Part shown: positions 1-9,384 of the stretch, piece by piece
Layout: the number at the start of each line of letters is the position of its first letter
How positions within the stretch are numbered: position 1 is the first letter of the stretch
Assembly: GCA_963704725.1 (NCBI GenBank)
Contig: OY969934.1
Location: 1,568,001-1,632,000 of the forward strand
Direction of reading: 5' to 3'
DNA from: an uncultured Actinomycetes bacterium
Lineage (GTDB): Bacteria > Actinomycetota > UBA4738 > HRBIN12
DNA: 64,000 bases
Position numbers and translations under genes: made by a program
The notes under the pieces: generated by a model
Seen by the model: only the letters and a program-made list of their open reading frames with translations
The model's database searches: none
Told to the model about the DNA's origin: nothing

Positions 1-291
1 GCGGGTGTGTGGGACGGTCGGTCACTCGAGACCGGCAAGGTCGACCGGATGAACCGGGTGGCGCTCGAGCGCTCTCGGGGGACCGACCCGGAGCGCGCCC
101 TGGCCGCCTGGCGCGACGCCAGGACCAGGATGCTGGAGGCGTTCGGGTCCCTGCCGGAGGTCTCGCCGGAGACGGGCGAGTGGTTCGACGAGTCGGGTCC
201 GGCGCACTACGCCGAGCACCGGACGGCGCTCGCGGAGTGGGCGACGCGGGTGCGCGCCGAAATCCCCGGCCCCGGCGGGGGCCGGCCGTAG
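1..291 (+). CDS. C-terminal part of a DinB/ClbS-DfsB-like four-helix protein (5' truncated by window edge)
   Basis: Open frame from window edge; VDRMN...ALERSR and C-terminal HYAEH motifs resemble the DinB/ClbS superfamily. Confidence 0.45.
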   Translation, partial: AGVWDGRSLETGKVDRMNRVALERSRGTDPERALAAWRDARTRMLEAFGSLPEVSPETGEWFDESGPAHYAEHRTALAEWATRVRAEIPGPGGGRP

Positions 292-301
292 GATTCGTCC
301 C

Positions 302-895
302 GTGGGACGACGTCTCGGCGTGATGGGCGGCACCTTCGACCCGATCCACTACGGCCACCTCGTGACCGCGGAGGAGGCCCTGGTCCAGTTCTCCCTGGAC
401 GAGGTGGTCTTCGTCCCCACCGGGCAGCCCTGGATGAAGGAGGGGCGGGAGGTCTCGCCGGCTGAGGATCGATACCTCATGACCGTGATCGCGACCGCGA
501 GCAACCCGAGGTTCCGCGTCTCGCGGGTCGAGATCGACCGCGAGGGGCCCACGTACACGGTCGACACGCTGCGCATGCTCGGCGCCGAGAACCCCGACGC
601 CGAGCTCTACTTCATCACCGGCGCGGACGCCATGTTCGAGATCTTCGACTGGAAGGATCCGGACGAGGTGCTGATGCTCGCCCACTTCATCGCCGCGACC
701 CGGCCCGGGTACGACATCCGGCGGTTCGAGACCCGCGCCGCGGCTCGACAGCCCGACGTGAGCGCGATGAACATCCCCGCGCTCGCGATCAGCTCGACCG
801 ACGTCCGGGCGCGCGTCCGGGAGGGGCGGCCGATCCGGTACCTGCTCCCGGAGGGCGTGAAGAGCTACGTGGAGAAGGCGGGCCTGTACCGATGA
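302..895 (+). CDS. nadD: Nicotinate-nucleotide adenylyltransferase
   Basis: [25 protein letters not shown] motifs; upstream of rsfS. Confidence 0.97.
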   Translation: MGRRLGVMGGTFDPIHYGHLVTAEEALVQFSLDEVVFVPTGQPWMKEGREVSPAEDRYLMTVIATASNPRFRVSRVEIDREGPTYTVDTLRMLGAENPDAELYFITGADAMFEIFDWKDPDEVLMLAHFIAATRPGYDIRRFETRAAARQPDVSAMNIPALAISSTDVRARVREGRPIRYLLPEGVKSYVEKAGLYR

Positions 896-1866
896 CGCGA
901 CGACCCGCGCTCGTGCTCGCGGTGGTGGTCCTGCTCGGCGCGGCGTCGGCCGGGGCGATCGTGCTCACCCGCGACCGGGGCGGGGCGGCCACCGTCCCGC
1001 CCACCGAGGGCCACGCCGAGGGCCTGACGCTCCTCGTGGCGCGAACGCCCGGCGGTCCGTTCGGCGTCGTGATCGGCTCGACCGGCGCCGAGGACGGGGC
1101 CCTCGTGATCCCATCGCAGGCCCGGGTGACGATCCCGGGGCAGGGCGACGGCACGGTCGAGGACGCATTCGACCTCCCGCCCGAGCAAGCCGCGATCACG
1201 GTGGCCAATCTGCTCGGCGTGGGGATCGACCACCAGGCGGTGCTGACCCGCGATCGCCTCGTCGCCGTCGTGGATCGCGCCGGCGGCATCGTCGTGGGGA
1301 GCGACCGGCTGAGCGGGGAGCAGGCGGCGGGGATGCTCGCCGACGCCGGCGACGGCGGCACGACCGCGTTCCAGCTCGTCGTGACCGGGCTGCTGCAGTC
1401 CACGGTGGTCTGGCAACCGGATGACTTCGCGAAGTCCGATTCCGCGGAGGACGTCCGCCGGGCTCTCACGGCCGCCGGCGGCGCGCAGGTCGCCTCGCTG
1501 CCGGTGACCGAGGCCGCCACGAACGTGTTCCAGGCCGACCCGGAGACCGTGCGGCGGGCCCTGGTCGACGTGTTCGGCGGGCCGGACCGGGTGGTCGTCG
1601 ACGTCATCGTGCTGAACGGCAGCGGCGTCCCCGGGATCGGCGAGCTCGTCGCGGACCGGATCGTGCCCGGGGGCTTCCGCATCGTCGTCTCGCAGAACGC
1701 CGCCAACTTCAACCACGACGAGACGCTCGTCGTGGTGGGATCGGCCGACGACGTCGCTCTGGGCGAGCGTGTGCGAGACTTGTTGGGAACGGGAAGCGTG
1801 AACGTGTCCGTCGCGTCGGGGATCGCTCCCGTGACGATCGTGGTGGGGAAGGACTTCGCAGGTTGA
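892..1866 (+). CDS. LCP/LytR C-terminal domain membrane protein
   Basis: N-terminal TM helix; C-terminal [11 protein letters not shown]...TIVVGKDF LytR_C motif; ATGA overlap with nadD. Confidence 0.8.
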   Translation: MTRRPALVLAVVVLLGAASAGAIVLTRDRGGAATVPPTEGHAEGLTLLVARTPGGPFGVVIGSTGAEDGALVIPSQARVTIPGQGDGTVEDAFDLPPEQAAITVANLLGVGIDHQAVLTRDRLVAVVDRAGGIVVGSDRLSGEQAAGMLADAGDGGTTAFQLVVTGLLQSTVVWQPDDFAKSDSAEDVRRALTAAGGAQVASLPVTEAATNVFQADPETVRRALVDVFGGPDRVVVDVIVLNGSGVPGIGELVADRIVPGGFRIVVSQNAANFNHDETLVVVGSADDVALGERVRDLLGTGSVNVSVASGIAPVTIVVGKDFAG

Positions 1867-1884
1867 TCGAAACCGAAGGACGGC

Positions 1885-2283
1885 GTGCCGGGTAGGGCCG
1901 AGGGCTCACAGGAGAGCCAGGAGGTCGCGCTCGCGGCGGCTCGAGCCGCCGCCGCCAAGCAGGCCGAGGACATCGCGATCCTCGACGTGCATGGCCTGAT
2001 CGTCATCACCGACTACTTCGTGATCTGCTCGGGCGGCACCGAGCGGCAGGTCAAGACGATCGTCGAAGAGGTCGAGCGGGCGCTACGGGACCTCGATCGC
2101 AAACCGCTGCGCCGCGAGGGCGAGACCGAGGCCCGCTGGGTGCTGCTCGACTACGTCGACGTCGTCGTGCACGTCTTCGCGGAAGAGGAACGCGACTACT
2201 ACGACCTCGAACGCCTGTGGCGCGACGCCCCGCGCGTCGAGCTCGACGAGCGCGGGCAGGCCGCGGCCGGTTCGCTAGACTGA
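1885..2283 (+). CDS. rsfS: Ribosome silencing factor RsfS
   Basis: TDYFVICSG, WVLLDYVDVVVHVF, YYDLERLW motifs. Confidence 0.96.
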   Translation: MPGRAEGSQESQEVALAAARAAAAKQAEDIAILDVHGLIVITDYFVICSGGTERQVKTIVEEVERALRDLDRKPLRREGETEARWVLLDYVDVVVHVFAEEERDYYDLERLWRDAPRVELDERGQAAAGSLD

Positions 2284-2292
2284 GGCTCCCGC

Positions 2293-2365
2293 GGGCCCAT
2301 AGCTCAGTTGGTAGAGCACATGGCTGGCAGCCATGAGGTCGGGGGTTCGAGTCCCCCTGGGTCCA
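2293..2365 (+). tRNA. tRNA-Ala(GGC)
   Basis: Acceptor GGGCCCA/TGGGTCC with G3:U70, anticodon arm CATGG-CT GGC AG-CCATG, T-loop GGTTCGAGT, discriminator A; CCA not encoded. Confidence 0.97.
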
Positions 2366-3123
2366 CTTTCAATGCCTTATTCGAACTCGGGCGAGAGAAG
2401 AGAGGCGCGAAGACCTCAGAGAACTCGGCCCGGCCGATCGTGCGATCCTTGATGTAGACGGCCTCGAGCACGGCGTCGTTGAAGCGTCGTCGTACCGACG
2501 GTCGCGCCTTCAGATACGCGGCGTGACAGTTCCCCGCGAGCCGGATGGCCGTTCGAAGCACGTCCTGCCAGCCCTCGAGGTCGCCCTCCGTCGCCTGGAG
2601 CTCGGCCTTGGCCGCATGCTCGGCGAAGCCGATGCGGTCCTGCTCCGTCTTCAGGAGATCGAGCGGGATCGCGTTCGCGTAGAAGGCCTGAAGGAGCTTG
2701 CCGCGCTCGTCGGCCGCCTTGGCGAGCGTCTTCGTGAGCACCACCCGTCGCTGCGAGGCCTCGGCCTGCCGATCGACGATCTCGGCCTCCAGCTCCTCGG
2801 TGAGCCGGCGTACCCATGAGGGTGGCAGCTGGATCCTCCCGTACAGGTCCTCGACGAGCGCCTCGGCGTCGCCGGCCAGGATGTAGGGCTGGCGGCAACC
2901 GGTGCGCGCGGTCCCTCGCTGGCCGAGGCAGTAGAAGTACAGGTACTTGCCCTTGGCGAGCGTGAGCGACAGGCGCCTTCCGCACTCCCCGCAGTGCAGC
3001 AGGCCCTTCAGGTAGTGCTCGTGGCGACGCTGGCGAACCCCGGCGACGTCGCGGGCCTGGAGCGTCTCTTGGACCCGGTCGAACAGGCTCTGGGGGATGA
3101 GCGCCTTGTGCTGGCCCGGATAC
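2304..3123 (-). pseudogene. Large serine recombinase (integrase) C-terminal remnant, cut by IS256
   Basis: YPGQHKALIPQSLFDRVQ recombinase motif, LKGLLHCGECG...YFYC zinc ribbon, coiled coil; C-terminus VDPGGLEPPTS reads antisense through the tRNA; catalytic N-terminal domain absent. Confidence 0.88.
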
Positions 3124-4524
3124 GGGTCTGTCCGATTCTTCGTGTAAGTGCGCGGCCGCTGATCATCGGTAGAGAGCGATCCGGTCTCCGTAGTGGAGCA
3201 CCAACGCATTGAGCACCTGCTTCCAGCCGGACACGATCCCCGTCGGGTTCGGGCGATTCTTCTCCCGCTCCAAGACCGCAAGATAGAGCACTTTGAGGGC
3301 GGCCTGCTCGTTGGGGAAGTGCCCTCGTCGGCGGGTGGCGTGGCGAAAGCGCGCGTTCAGGCTCTCGATCGAGTTCGTCGTGTAGATCACCCGGCGGATC
3401 TCCTGCGGGAAGGCAAGGAACGGGATGAACTGCTCCCAGGCCTGGCGCCACAGCTTGATGATCGCCGGATACTTCGGCTCCCACCGATCGGCGAACTCCT
3501 CGAACCGCGCTGCCGCTTGATCCACCGTCGCCGCCGTGTAGATCGGCCTCAGCTCGGTCGTGACCTTCTGCCAGTCGGCCCGCGAGGCGTAACGAAGCGA
3601 CTGGCGGACCAGGTGCACGACGCAGGTCTGCACGGTTGCTGCTGGCCAGGTGGCCTCGATCGCCTCGTCCAGGCCCTTCAGCCCGTCACACGCCACGATC
3701 AGCACGTCCTCGATGCCTCGGTTGCGAAGCTCGGTGAGCACATTGCCCCAGTGCTTGGCGCCCTCGCCCCCGGCACCGATCCAAAGGCCCAGGACGTCTC
3801 GCTCCCCCTCCAGGTTGATGCCACAGGCCACGTAGACGGGGCGATTGGCCACGGCGCCATCTCGGATCTTGACCATGATCGCGTCGATGAACACCACGGC
3901 CCACAGCGCATCGAGCGGGCGGTTCTGCCATTCCACCAGCTCGCCGGCGACCGCGTCGGTGACCTTGGAGATGGTCTCGCGAGAGATCTCGGCTCCGTAG
4001 ATCTCTCGCAGGTGCGCCTGGATCTCCCCGGTCGTCAGCCCCTTGGCGTACAGGGAGATGATCGCCTCGTCGAAGCCGTCCAGGCGCCGGGCGTGCTTGG
4101 GGACGATCTTCGGCTCGAACGTGCCGGCGCGATCGCGAGGAACGTCGATCGGGACCGGACCGACGTCGGTCTGAAGCGTCTTGGGGCTCTTGCCGTTGCG
4201 TGCGTTGGGCGAGTCATTGCGCTCGTAGGGCTCATACCCAAGGTGCTCCGTCAACTCCGCCTCGAGGGCCGATTCCACGACTCGCTTGGTCACCCCCGCC
4301 AGGAGCCCCTCGGGGCCCACGAGGTCGAGGCCCTCCGCTCGTGCCCGCTCCACGAGTTGCTCGGCGAAGCTCGCCAGCTCATCGCGGGAGGGCTGGCGGA
4401 GGCCTCCGGGCATCGACGACCCTGCTCCGTTCTTCGAAGTGTCCATGCGCCATCCTTCCCGGCCCCGACGGCAAGGTCGAGGACCCTCAAGACAGCGCAC
4501 TTACACAGAATTCCTGACAGACCC
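3124..4524 (-). mobile_element. IS256-family insertion sequence (1401 bp)
   Basis: Imperfect 30-bp terminal inverted repeats 3124-3153 and 4495-4524 (GGGTCTGTC...GTGTAAGTGCGC, 23/30 identical) enclosing a transposase. Confidence 0.93.
3163..4446 (-). CDS. IS256-family (Mutator-type) DDE transposase
   Basis: ELTEHLGYE, RNG, VPRDRAGTFEP, IDAI (D), ACDGL (D), TTNSIESLN (E); GGAAGG RBS before ATG at 4446. Confidence 0.96.
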   Translation of the reverse strand: MDTSKNGAGSSMPGGLRQPSRDELASFAEQLVERARAEGLDLVGPEGLLAGVTKRVVESALEAELTEHLGYEPYERNDSPNARNGKSPKTLQTDVGPVPIDVPRDRAGTFEPKIVPKHARRLDGFDEAIISLYAKGLTTGEIQAHLREIYGAEISRETISKVTDAVAGELVEWQNRPLDALWAVVFIDAIMVKIRDGAVANRPVYVACGINLEGERDVLGLWIGAGGEGAKHWGNVLTELRNRGIEDVLIVACDGLKGLDEAIEATWPAATVQTCVVHLVRQSLRYASRADWQKVTTELRPIYTAATVDQAAARFEEFADRWEPKYPAIIKLWRQAWEQFIPFLAFPQEIRRVIYTTNSIESLNARFRHATRRRGHFPNEQAALKVLYLAVLEREKNRPNPTGIVSGWKQVLNALVLHYGDRIALYR

Positions 4525-5160
4525 GAGGTGCCGAACCCCTCCCCACCACTGTCGCTGTCGCTAAGCGGATTCCAGAGATTGACTGAGACGCAACGAATCG
4601 AATGGCTTGACTCGTTCACTGACTACTGGGGTCTAGGAGGGTGGTTCGAGGCCATCCGGGGCGTGTTGATGGCTGGAAGAGCGACTTCCTTCATGGACAG
4701 AGGGACCTGGTCATCATGGGTTGACGCGAGCATTCTTCATGCAATCTCTGAGGGGATGATGATCCAGAGCGGTGTCATCCAGCACAGTAGGAACCCAGGT
4801 GCTCAGGAATGGGCCGCGTTCTTCGAGGCCCGTCAGACAACCAGCAGACAGACATCCGCAGACACTGGTCTATTTGGCCTGTGGGCCAACGCCGAGTCGG
4901 CCGCCACCCAATTTGGCCGGTACACGGCTGCAAACCATGGGGCCGTTCCGACAGAAGATGAAACAAACGTCGACATGTGGGCGACCGGTTGGCGTGCCGG
5001 AGTCCGGTGGAGGAGTGCCGAGCCAACGCCGGCAGACTACCTGACACCGGAGGGCTTCATCGGGCAAATCGGGCAAGTCTGGGGCGGAGCTCTCTATGAT
5101 CCGACGCTTCCAGCACCCGTCGTTATGCAGCTCACGATGTATGTCTATCTTGGCTTCTAG
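4525..5160 (+). pseudogene. 5'-truncated ORF, possible polymorphic-toxin C-terminal domain
   Basis: Open frame begins at the IS end with no RBS; visibly lower GC; tightly followed by a lipoprotein gene. Confidence 0.5.
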
Positions 5161-5173
5161 CGAAAGGGGGCGG

Positions 5174-6244
5174 ATGATGCGCGAAGTTGCCGCCTTGATA
5201 TCGGTCGGCTTGCTTGCTGCCGCATGCTCGAGTTCCCCAGGACAAGTAGCGCCTTCCTTCGTTCAAGGCTCAGTCGTGGATACGCAGCCCGGCAGGATCG
5301 CTGGGCTTGCATGGCCGTCCGCGGAGACCCTGGTCTTCGAGATAGACGACGAACCCGCCGATGTCTCGAACGCAGCCGAAATCTGGCGTGTTCAACTCGA
5401 TGGAACCTCCCGTAGCCAAGTCTTGCTTCCGCAGCTGACGGATTGCAGGCGGACCCGTTATCACAACCCAATTGCCCTTGGGGGCGGCTCGGTAGGTATT
5501 GTACAGGCTTGCGACCTTCAATCGCCCGGTCGGGAGCCAACCTCCTACGCGCTTCTGGCTCTGGACCCGGACCTTGGAGACACGAAACCGCTTGTCAGTA
5601 GTGACCCTTTGGGGTTCCTTGACTCGTTCGCGGCTCCAGTAGCGGCGCCCAATGCGGAACGCGATGCTGCGTTGCTAGCAGTTGGAGATCAGGTGTGTAG
5701 CACGATTGCGTTCGTCGACAAGGACGGCGCGCACCCATTGGACCTATCAATCGGACACGGAACCGAGAGTTGGAATCTGAGTCAGTTCTTCGTCGATGAT
5801 TCCAGAACCTGCGTTGAGCAGGGGCGAGCCGCATGGCCGACATGGTCGAGAAGCAATGGTCTGATTGCCTTCCTCGCCTCGCCCCAGTCCCTGGGGGTGG
5901 GCGGGCTCGCGCGCATGGAACTCCCGTGGAACATCTATCGCTGGTCACTCACTCAAGATCGTGCTCAGACCCTTCTTGAGAACGTCCGCTTCCCGAGGGA
6001 TCTGACATGGTCGCCCGATGGCGAGTGGCTGGCATTCGGAGGTGAGATCGGCGGCCGAGATGGACTATGGTTGCTGAATCCTGCAACGTCGGCCGTTGTT
6101 GAGGTGACTGATGATGCCGTGCTCGCGCTTGCCTGGTCGCCGGATGGTCAGTCAATTGCCGCCTCGGTTGCTACGACGTCGGATGAAGTGACCGGTCCAA
6201 GGGAGCTCGTGACTTATAGCGTCGCTTCTCTTCTCGAGGGCTGA
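5174..6244 (+). CDS. Lipoprotein with TolB/PD40-like beta-propeller repeats
   Basis: GAAAGGGGG RBS; lipobox LLAAAC; repeated WSPDG/WSRS motifs. Confidence 0.8.
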   Translation: MMREVAALISVGLLAAACSSSPGQVAPSFVQGSVVDTQPGRIAGLAWPSAETLVFEIDDEPADVSNAAEIWRVQLDGTSRSQVLLPQLTDCRRTRYHNPIALGGGSVGIVQACDLQSPGREPTSYALLALDPDLGDTKPLVSSDPLGFLDSFAAPVAAPNAERDAALLAVGDQVCSTIAFVDKDGAHPLDLSIGHGTESWNLSQFFVDDSRTCVEQGRAAWPTWSRSNGLIAFLASPQSLGVGGLARMELPWNIYRWSLTQDRAQTLLENVRFPRDLTWSPDGEWLAFGGEIGGRDGLWLLNPATSAVVEVTDDAVLALAWSPDGQSIAASVATTSDEVTGPRELVTYSVASLLEG

Positions 6245-6501
6245 TGAGGGTGGGCGCGGATCTGCCCGCTTCGACTGGGAACTCATGGAAGGTCGTATTC
6301 CCCCGGCGGTTCATAGGTGACAAGTCGCGAGATCGGCGGCCAGTGTCGATCCCAATCATTGGCCTGCTTGTTACGGGCCCTGGATGGAACCCCGGTCAGG
6401 GGCGTGGCTCCTTAGGCCGACGGTCTCGTCTAGGGGAAACGCCGGCCGAGTCTCGAGACCTACATCGCTCACCAGGCCGTGGAACTGAGCAGCCAGACTC
6501 C

Positions 6502-6537
6502 GCCAGGAGTTCGAATAGCATCCCCTCAGGTCCACCA
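6502..6537 (+). repeat. Degenerate tRNA-Ala 3' fragment (att relic)
   Basis: GGAGTTCGAAT...CCCCTCAGGTCCACCA: T-loop plus acceptor 3' strand with U70, A73 and CCA. Confidence 0.6.
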
Positions 6538-6645
6538 AAGTTCGTGCGTGGCGTGACCAGCAGTTCGCTTGGTCAGTGCTGACGGGATTCGAACTGCGCT
6601 TTCCGCTTGCATGTTGCCGGGTCGGTCCCTATCGGCTGAAGCGGC

Positions 6646-7092
6646 TCAGGCACCCTTGCGGATGTCGGATGCTCGGATGCCTTCGGCCCTCGCTACGGCG
6701 AGCTGGCGTTCGTCGCCCGAGACCAGCTCGGTGCAGCCCAGTTCGATCAGTGCGGCGATGTGCAGGATGTCAAGCGTTCGAGCAAGCGTGGTCGATGCGT
6801 GCGTCTCCGACAGGTGTCCAGCTCGGCGAAACATCGGCTCCAGGTCGATGGTCGGTCGTTCGAGGCGGCCCTCGTCCAGGTCGTCATCCACATGCCCGAG
6901 GAGAGTCCGGAGCTCTCCCGCATCGATCTGGGATCTTCCGTGCAGGAGACGAAGGGCGTTTCTCACCTCTAGGTCGTGAAGCGGCGTCCACGGCACCGAG
7001 ACGTGCTTCCGCAGTTCGGCACGCGCACGGGCCGAGTGCACCTCGTTGACGTAGACCGCGATCAGGGCGCTCGAGTCGAAGTAGACCTTCAC
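6646..7092 (-). CDS. vapC: PIN-domain toxin (VapC family)
   Basis: VYFDSSAL, RTLDILHIAAL, SGDERQ PIN motifs; GTGA overlap with antitoxin. Confidence 0.9.
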   Translation of the reverse strand: MKVYFDSSALIAVYVNEVHSARARAELRKHVSVPWTPLHDLEVRNALRLLHGRSQIDAGELRTLLGHVDDDLDEGRLERPTIDLEPMFRRAGHLSETHASTTLARTLDILHIAALIELGCTELVSGDERQLAVARAEGIRASDIRKGA

Positions 7093-7331
7093 CGGTCCCC
7101 ACGGTCTTCGGAGACCTGCCGACTTGGGGGAGGTGTGATGCGTCTTCGTCCCATCGCGCCTCGCGCTCGCGCCGCCAGATCGGGCCACGGCTGCGTCGGT
7201 GTCGGCCTCGCCGGCACGAGTCGGGCTATCGGGCGCCCGCGGCGGGTGATCTGGACGGACTCTCCGCTCTCCACACGATCCAGAATGGTCCGAATCTCCC
7301 GCTGCAACTCCCGCACCGCCACGTTCTTCAT
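7089..7331 (-). CDS. Phd/YefM-family antitoxin
   Basis: VAVRELQ...ILDRVESGESVQITRRGRPIARLVP signature. Confidence 0.9.
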   Translation of the reverse strand: MKNVAVRELQREIRTILDRVESGESVQITRRGRPIARLVPARPTPTQPWPDLAARARGAMGRRRITPPPSRQVSEDRGDR

Positions 7332-7352
7332 GTCATGCATCTTGCATGACAT
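7330..7352. promoter_or_regulatory. Palindromic operator of the TA operon
   Basis: Perfect inverted repeat ATGTCATGCA-TCT-TGCATGACAT overlapping the antitoxin start. Confidence 0.7.
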
Positions 7353-7569
7353 CTGGCCTTCTCGTCAAGGCTTGGGACTCACGAGGCGAGGCGATCGAGT
7401 CTCACCTCGGCGCCGGTCACCGGCGGTTGATGGCTGCCAAGGCCGGTCGGAGCGGCCGGAAGGACACCGCCCGGCGGATCGAGGAGATCCTGCGCCGGGA
7501 GGCCCCCCGATCGCGCTGATCGTCGATGCCGGGCCTTCGGTGGTTGTGAGATGGGACCCTCGGGAGCCG

Positions 7570-7896
7570 CTACGCGCCCGGCCCTCGGTACTGGACTTGC
7601 TCGGCCTTGCGCAGGGCGTCCATCGTTTCCTCGATGGTCAGGAGGACCGTCGTTTCGAACGAGCTGAGGGCGCCGCCACCGCAAATCGCAAGCGCCACCG
7701 CGGCCATGGACACGTTGTCCGGGGCCTCCCACAGGTTGTAGCCGTCGTGAGTCCCGAACGCGTACCAGAACCCGTGAAGCTTTCCCCCGACCGACTCGAT
7801 GTATGACTGAGCGGCCTTCTGGCGATCTTCCGGATTGCCTATCAACTTTGCCCAGGTCGCCGGTGTGTAGCTGAACCTCGACAGATAGAGCGGCAT
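7570..7896 (-). CDS. GYD domain-containing protein
   Basis: MPLYLSRFSYT...VGGKLHGFWYAFGTHDGY...APDN; GGAGGGAGG RBS. Confidence 0.85.
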   Translation of the reverse strand: MPLYLSRFSYTPATWAKLIGNPEDRQKAAQSYIESVGGKLHGFWYAFGTHDGYNLWEAPDNVSMAAVALAICGGGALSSFETTVLLTIEETMDALRKAEQVQYRGPGA

Positions 7897-8010
7897 TGCT
7901 CCTCCCTCCGATCCCCAAGAGTCGATCCCCAAGAACCCGGGGGATGAGGATACAGGTCACTTCCCGACGTTTCCTTCCACGAGGGACTGCAGCAGATCCG
8001 GCGCTCCGGA

Positions 8011-8042
8011 GGAGTTCGGATCCCGTCCGCTCACCTCCACCA
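8011..8042 (+). repeat. Second tRNA-Ala 3' fragment (att relic, probable island right end)
   Basis: GGAGTTCGGATCCCGTCCGCTCACCTCCACCA; CACCTCC-A-CCA is an Ala-type acceptor 3' strand; host-like genes resume after it. Confidence 0.6.
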
Positions 8043-8138
8043 TCGAGCTCGGTCTACCAGGCGACTGGTCGCTTCCCGACGCCGTCGTGGGAGTCGCGAG
8101 AGAGCGGAACTCGAGCGGGTTCGAGCTAGGCTCGGCCT

Positions 8139-9293
8139 GTGCAAACGTACGACATCGGCATCGTCGGGGCGGGGGTCCACGGTGCGGCGACGGCGTTCCA
8201 CCTGGCGGCGCGCGGCGTGCGCGTCGTGATCGTCGAACGCGACCGGCCCGCCGCCGGGCCCACCGGCCGGTCCAGCGCGATATGTCGCGCCTACTACACG
8301 AACGCGTTCCTCGCCTCGGTGGCGCGCGACAGCATCGCGATGATGTCCACGTTCGAGGAGCACACCGGCCGCTCGGCCGAGTTCCGGCGGACGGGCATGC
8401 TGTTCCTACACCCGCCGGAGGACGTCGACGGGGTCCGCGTCGCCGTCGAGCGGCTGAATCGCCTCGGGATCGTGACCGAGCTGCTCGAACCCGCGACCCT
8501 CGTCGAGCGCTTCCCCGCGATCGACCCGGACGGGATCGGGATCGCCGCGTGGGAGCGCGACGCCGGCCACGCCGATCCGCACGCCGTCACGCTCGGCCTG
8601 TTCGAGCGGGCGCTCGCGTCCGGAGCCGAGGCACGGCTCGGGTCTGCGGTGACCGGCATCCAGGCCGATCCACGGGGCGGCGGAACGCTCGTCACGGGGG
8701 GCGGCGAACGGCTCTCGTGCGGGCGCATCCTGCTCGCCGCCGGGCCGTGGACGGCGCCGCTTGCCCGGCTGGTCGGGATCGAGCTGCCGCTGCACGTCGA
8801 GCGGCACGTCGTCGCGACGTTCCGGTGGGGCGGCGCAGATGCGTGCCCGCCCCACGGCGACGTCGCCGGCGGCTACTACCTCCGACCGGAGGGATCCGAC
8901 CAGTTCCTCGTCGGACCGCTGCACGAGGAGCCGCCGGTCGACCCCGATCGCTTCGACGACGCGATCCGCCCCGTCGAGATCGAACGGCTGGCCGAGCGGG
9001 TCGTGCGTCGCTTCCCCGGCCTGCACGCCGCTCTTGCGAGCGGCGGGTGGGCGAGCCTGTACGACGTGAGCCCGGATTGGCAGCCCGTGATCGGCGAGAT
9101 CGCCCCGGGCATCTTCGTCGACGCCGGGACGAGCGGTCACGGGTTCAAGGTGGCGCCGATGCTCGGACGACACGTCGCCGACCTGATCCAAGGGGGAGAC
9201 GTCGCCGAGTCGCTCGCGGACTTCGATCCGTTCCGATTCGAGCGGGGGCGTCCGCTCGCGGCCGGGTACCGCGAGAACCGCATCCTCGGGTAG
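8139..9293 (+). CDS. FAD-dependent oxidoreductase (DAO/sarcosine oxidase beta-like)
   Basis: IVGAGVHG FAD motif, GPTGRSSA, YDVSPDWQPVIG, GTSGHGFK. Confidence 0.9.
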   Translation: MQTYDIGIVGAGVHGAATAFHLAARGVRVVIVERDRPAAGPTGRSSAICRAYYTNAFLASVARDSIAMMSTFEEHTGRSAEFRRTGMLFLHPPEDVDGVRVAVERLNRLGIVTELLEPATLVERFPAIDPDGIGIAAWERDAGHADPHAVTLGLFERALASGAEARLGSAVTGIQADPRGGGTLVTGGGERLSCGRILLAAGPWTAPLARLVGIELPLHVERHVVATFRWGGADACPPHGDVAGGYYLRPEGSDQFLVGPLHEEPPVDPDRFDDAIRPVEIERLAERVVRRFPGLHAALASGGWASLYDVSPDWQPVIGEIAPGIFVDAGTSGHGFKVAPMLGRHVADLIQGGDVAESLADFDPFRFERGRPLAAGYRENRILG

Positions 9294-9384
9294 TGAATCC
9301 GTCGGCCGAGATGGTCGTGCCCCGGCCCAGCCATGCGCAGAGGTTGCCTTCAAGCACGACCCCGTCGGCGCCGATGAGACGAGG

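Noticed and set aside
2304-3281. 325-aa ORF as an intact integrase
   Set aside because: Its first 50 or so residues come from inside the IS; the catalytic serine domain is missing
3193-5160. 655-aa plus-strand ORF as one gene
   Set aside because: First 444 codons are the antisense shadow of the IS256 element; only 4525-5160 looks like real coding sequence
6245-6500. Integron attC site or small gene in the low-GC spacer
   Set aside because: No RYYYAAC...GTTRRRY pairing seen, no integron integrase, and ORFs lack RBS or recognisable motifs
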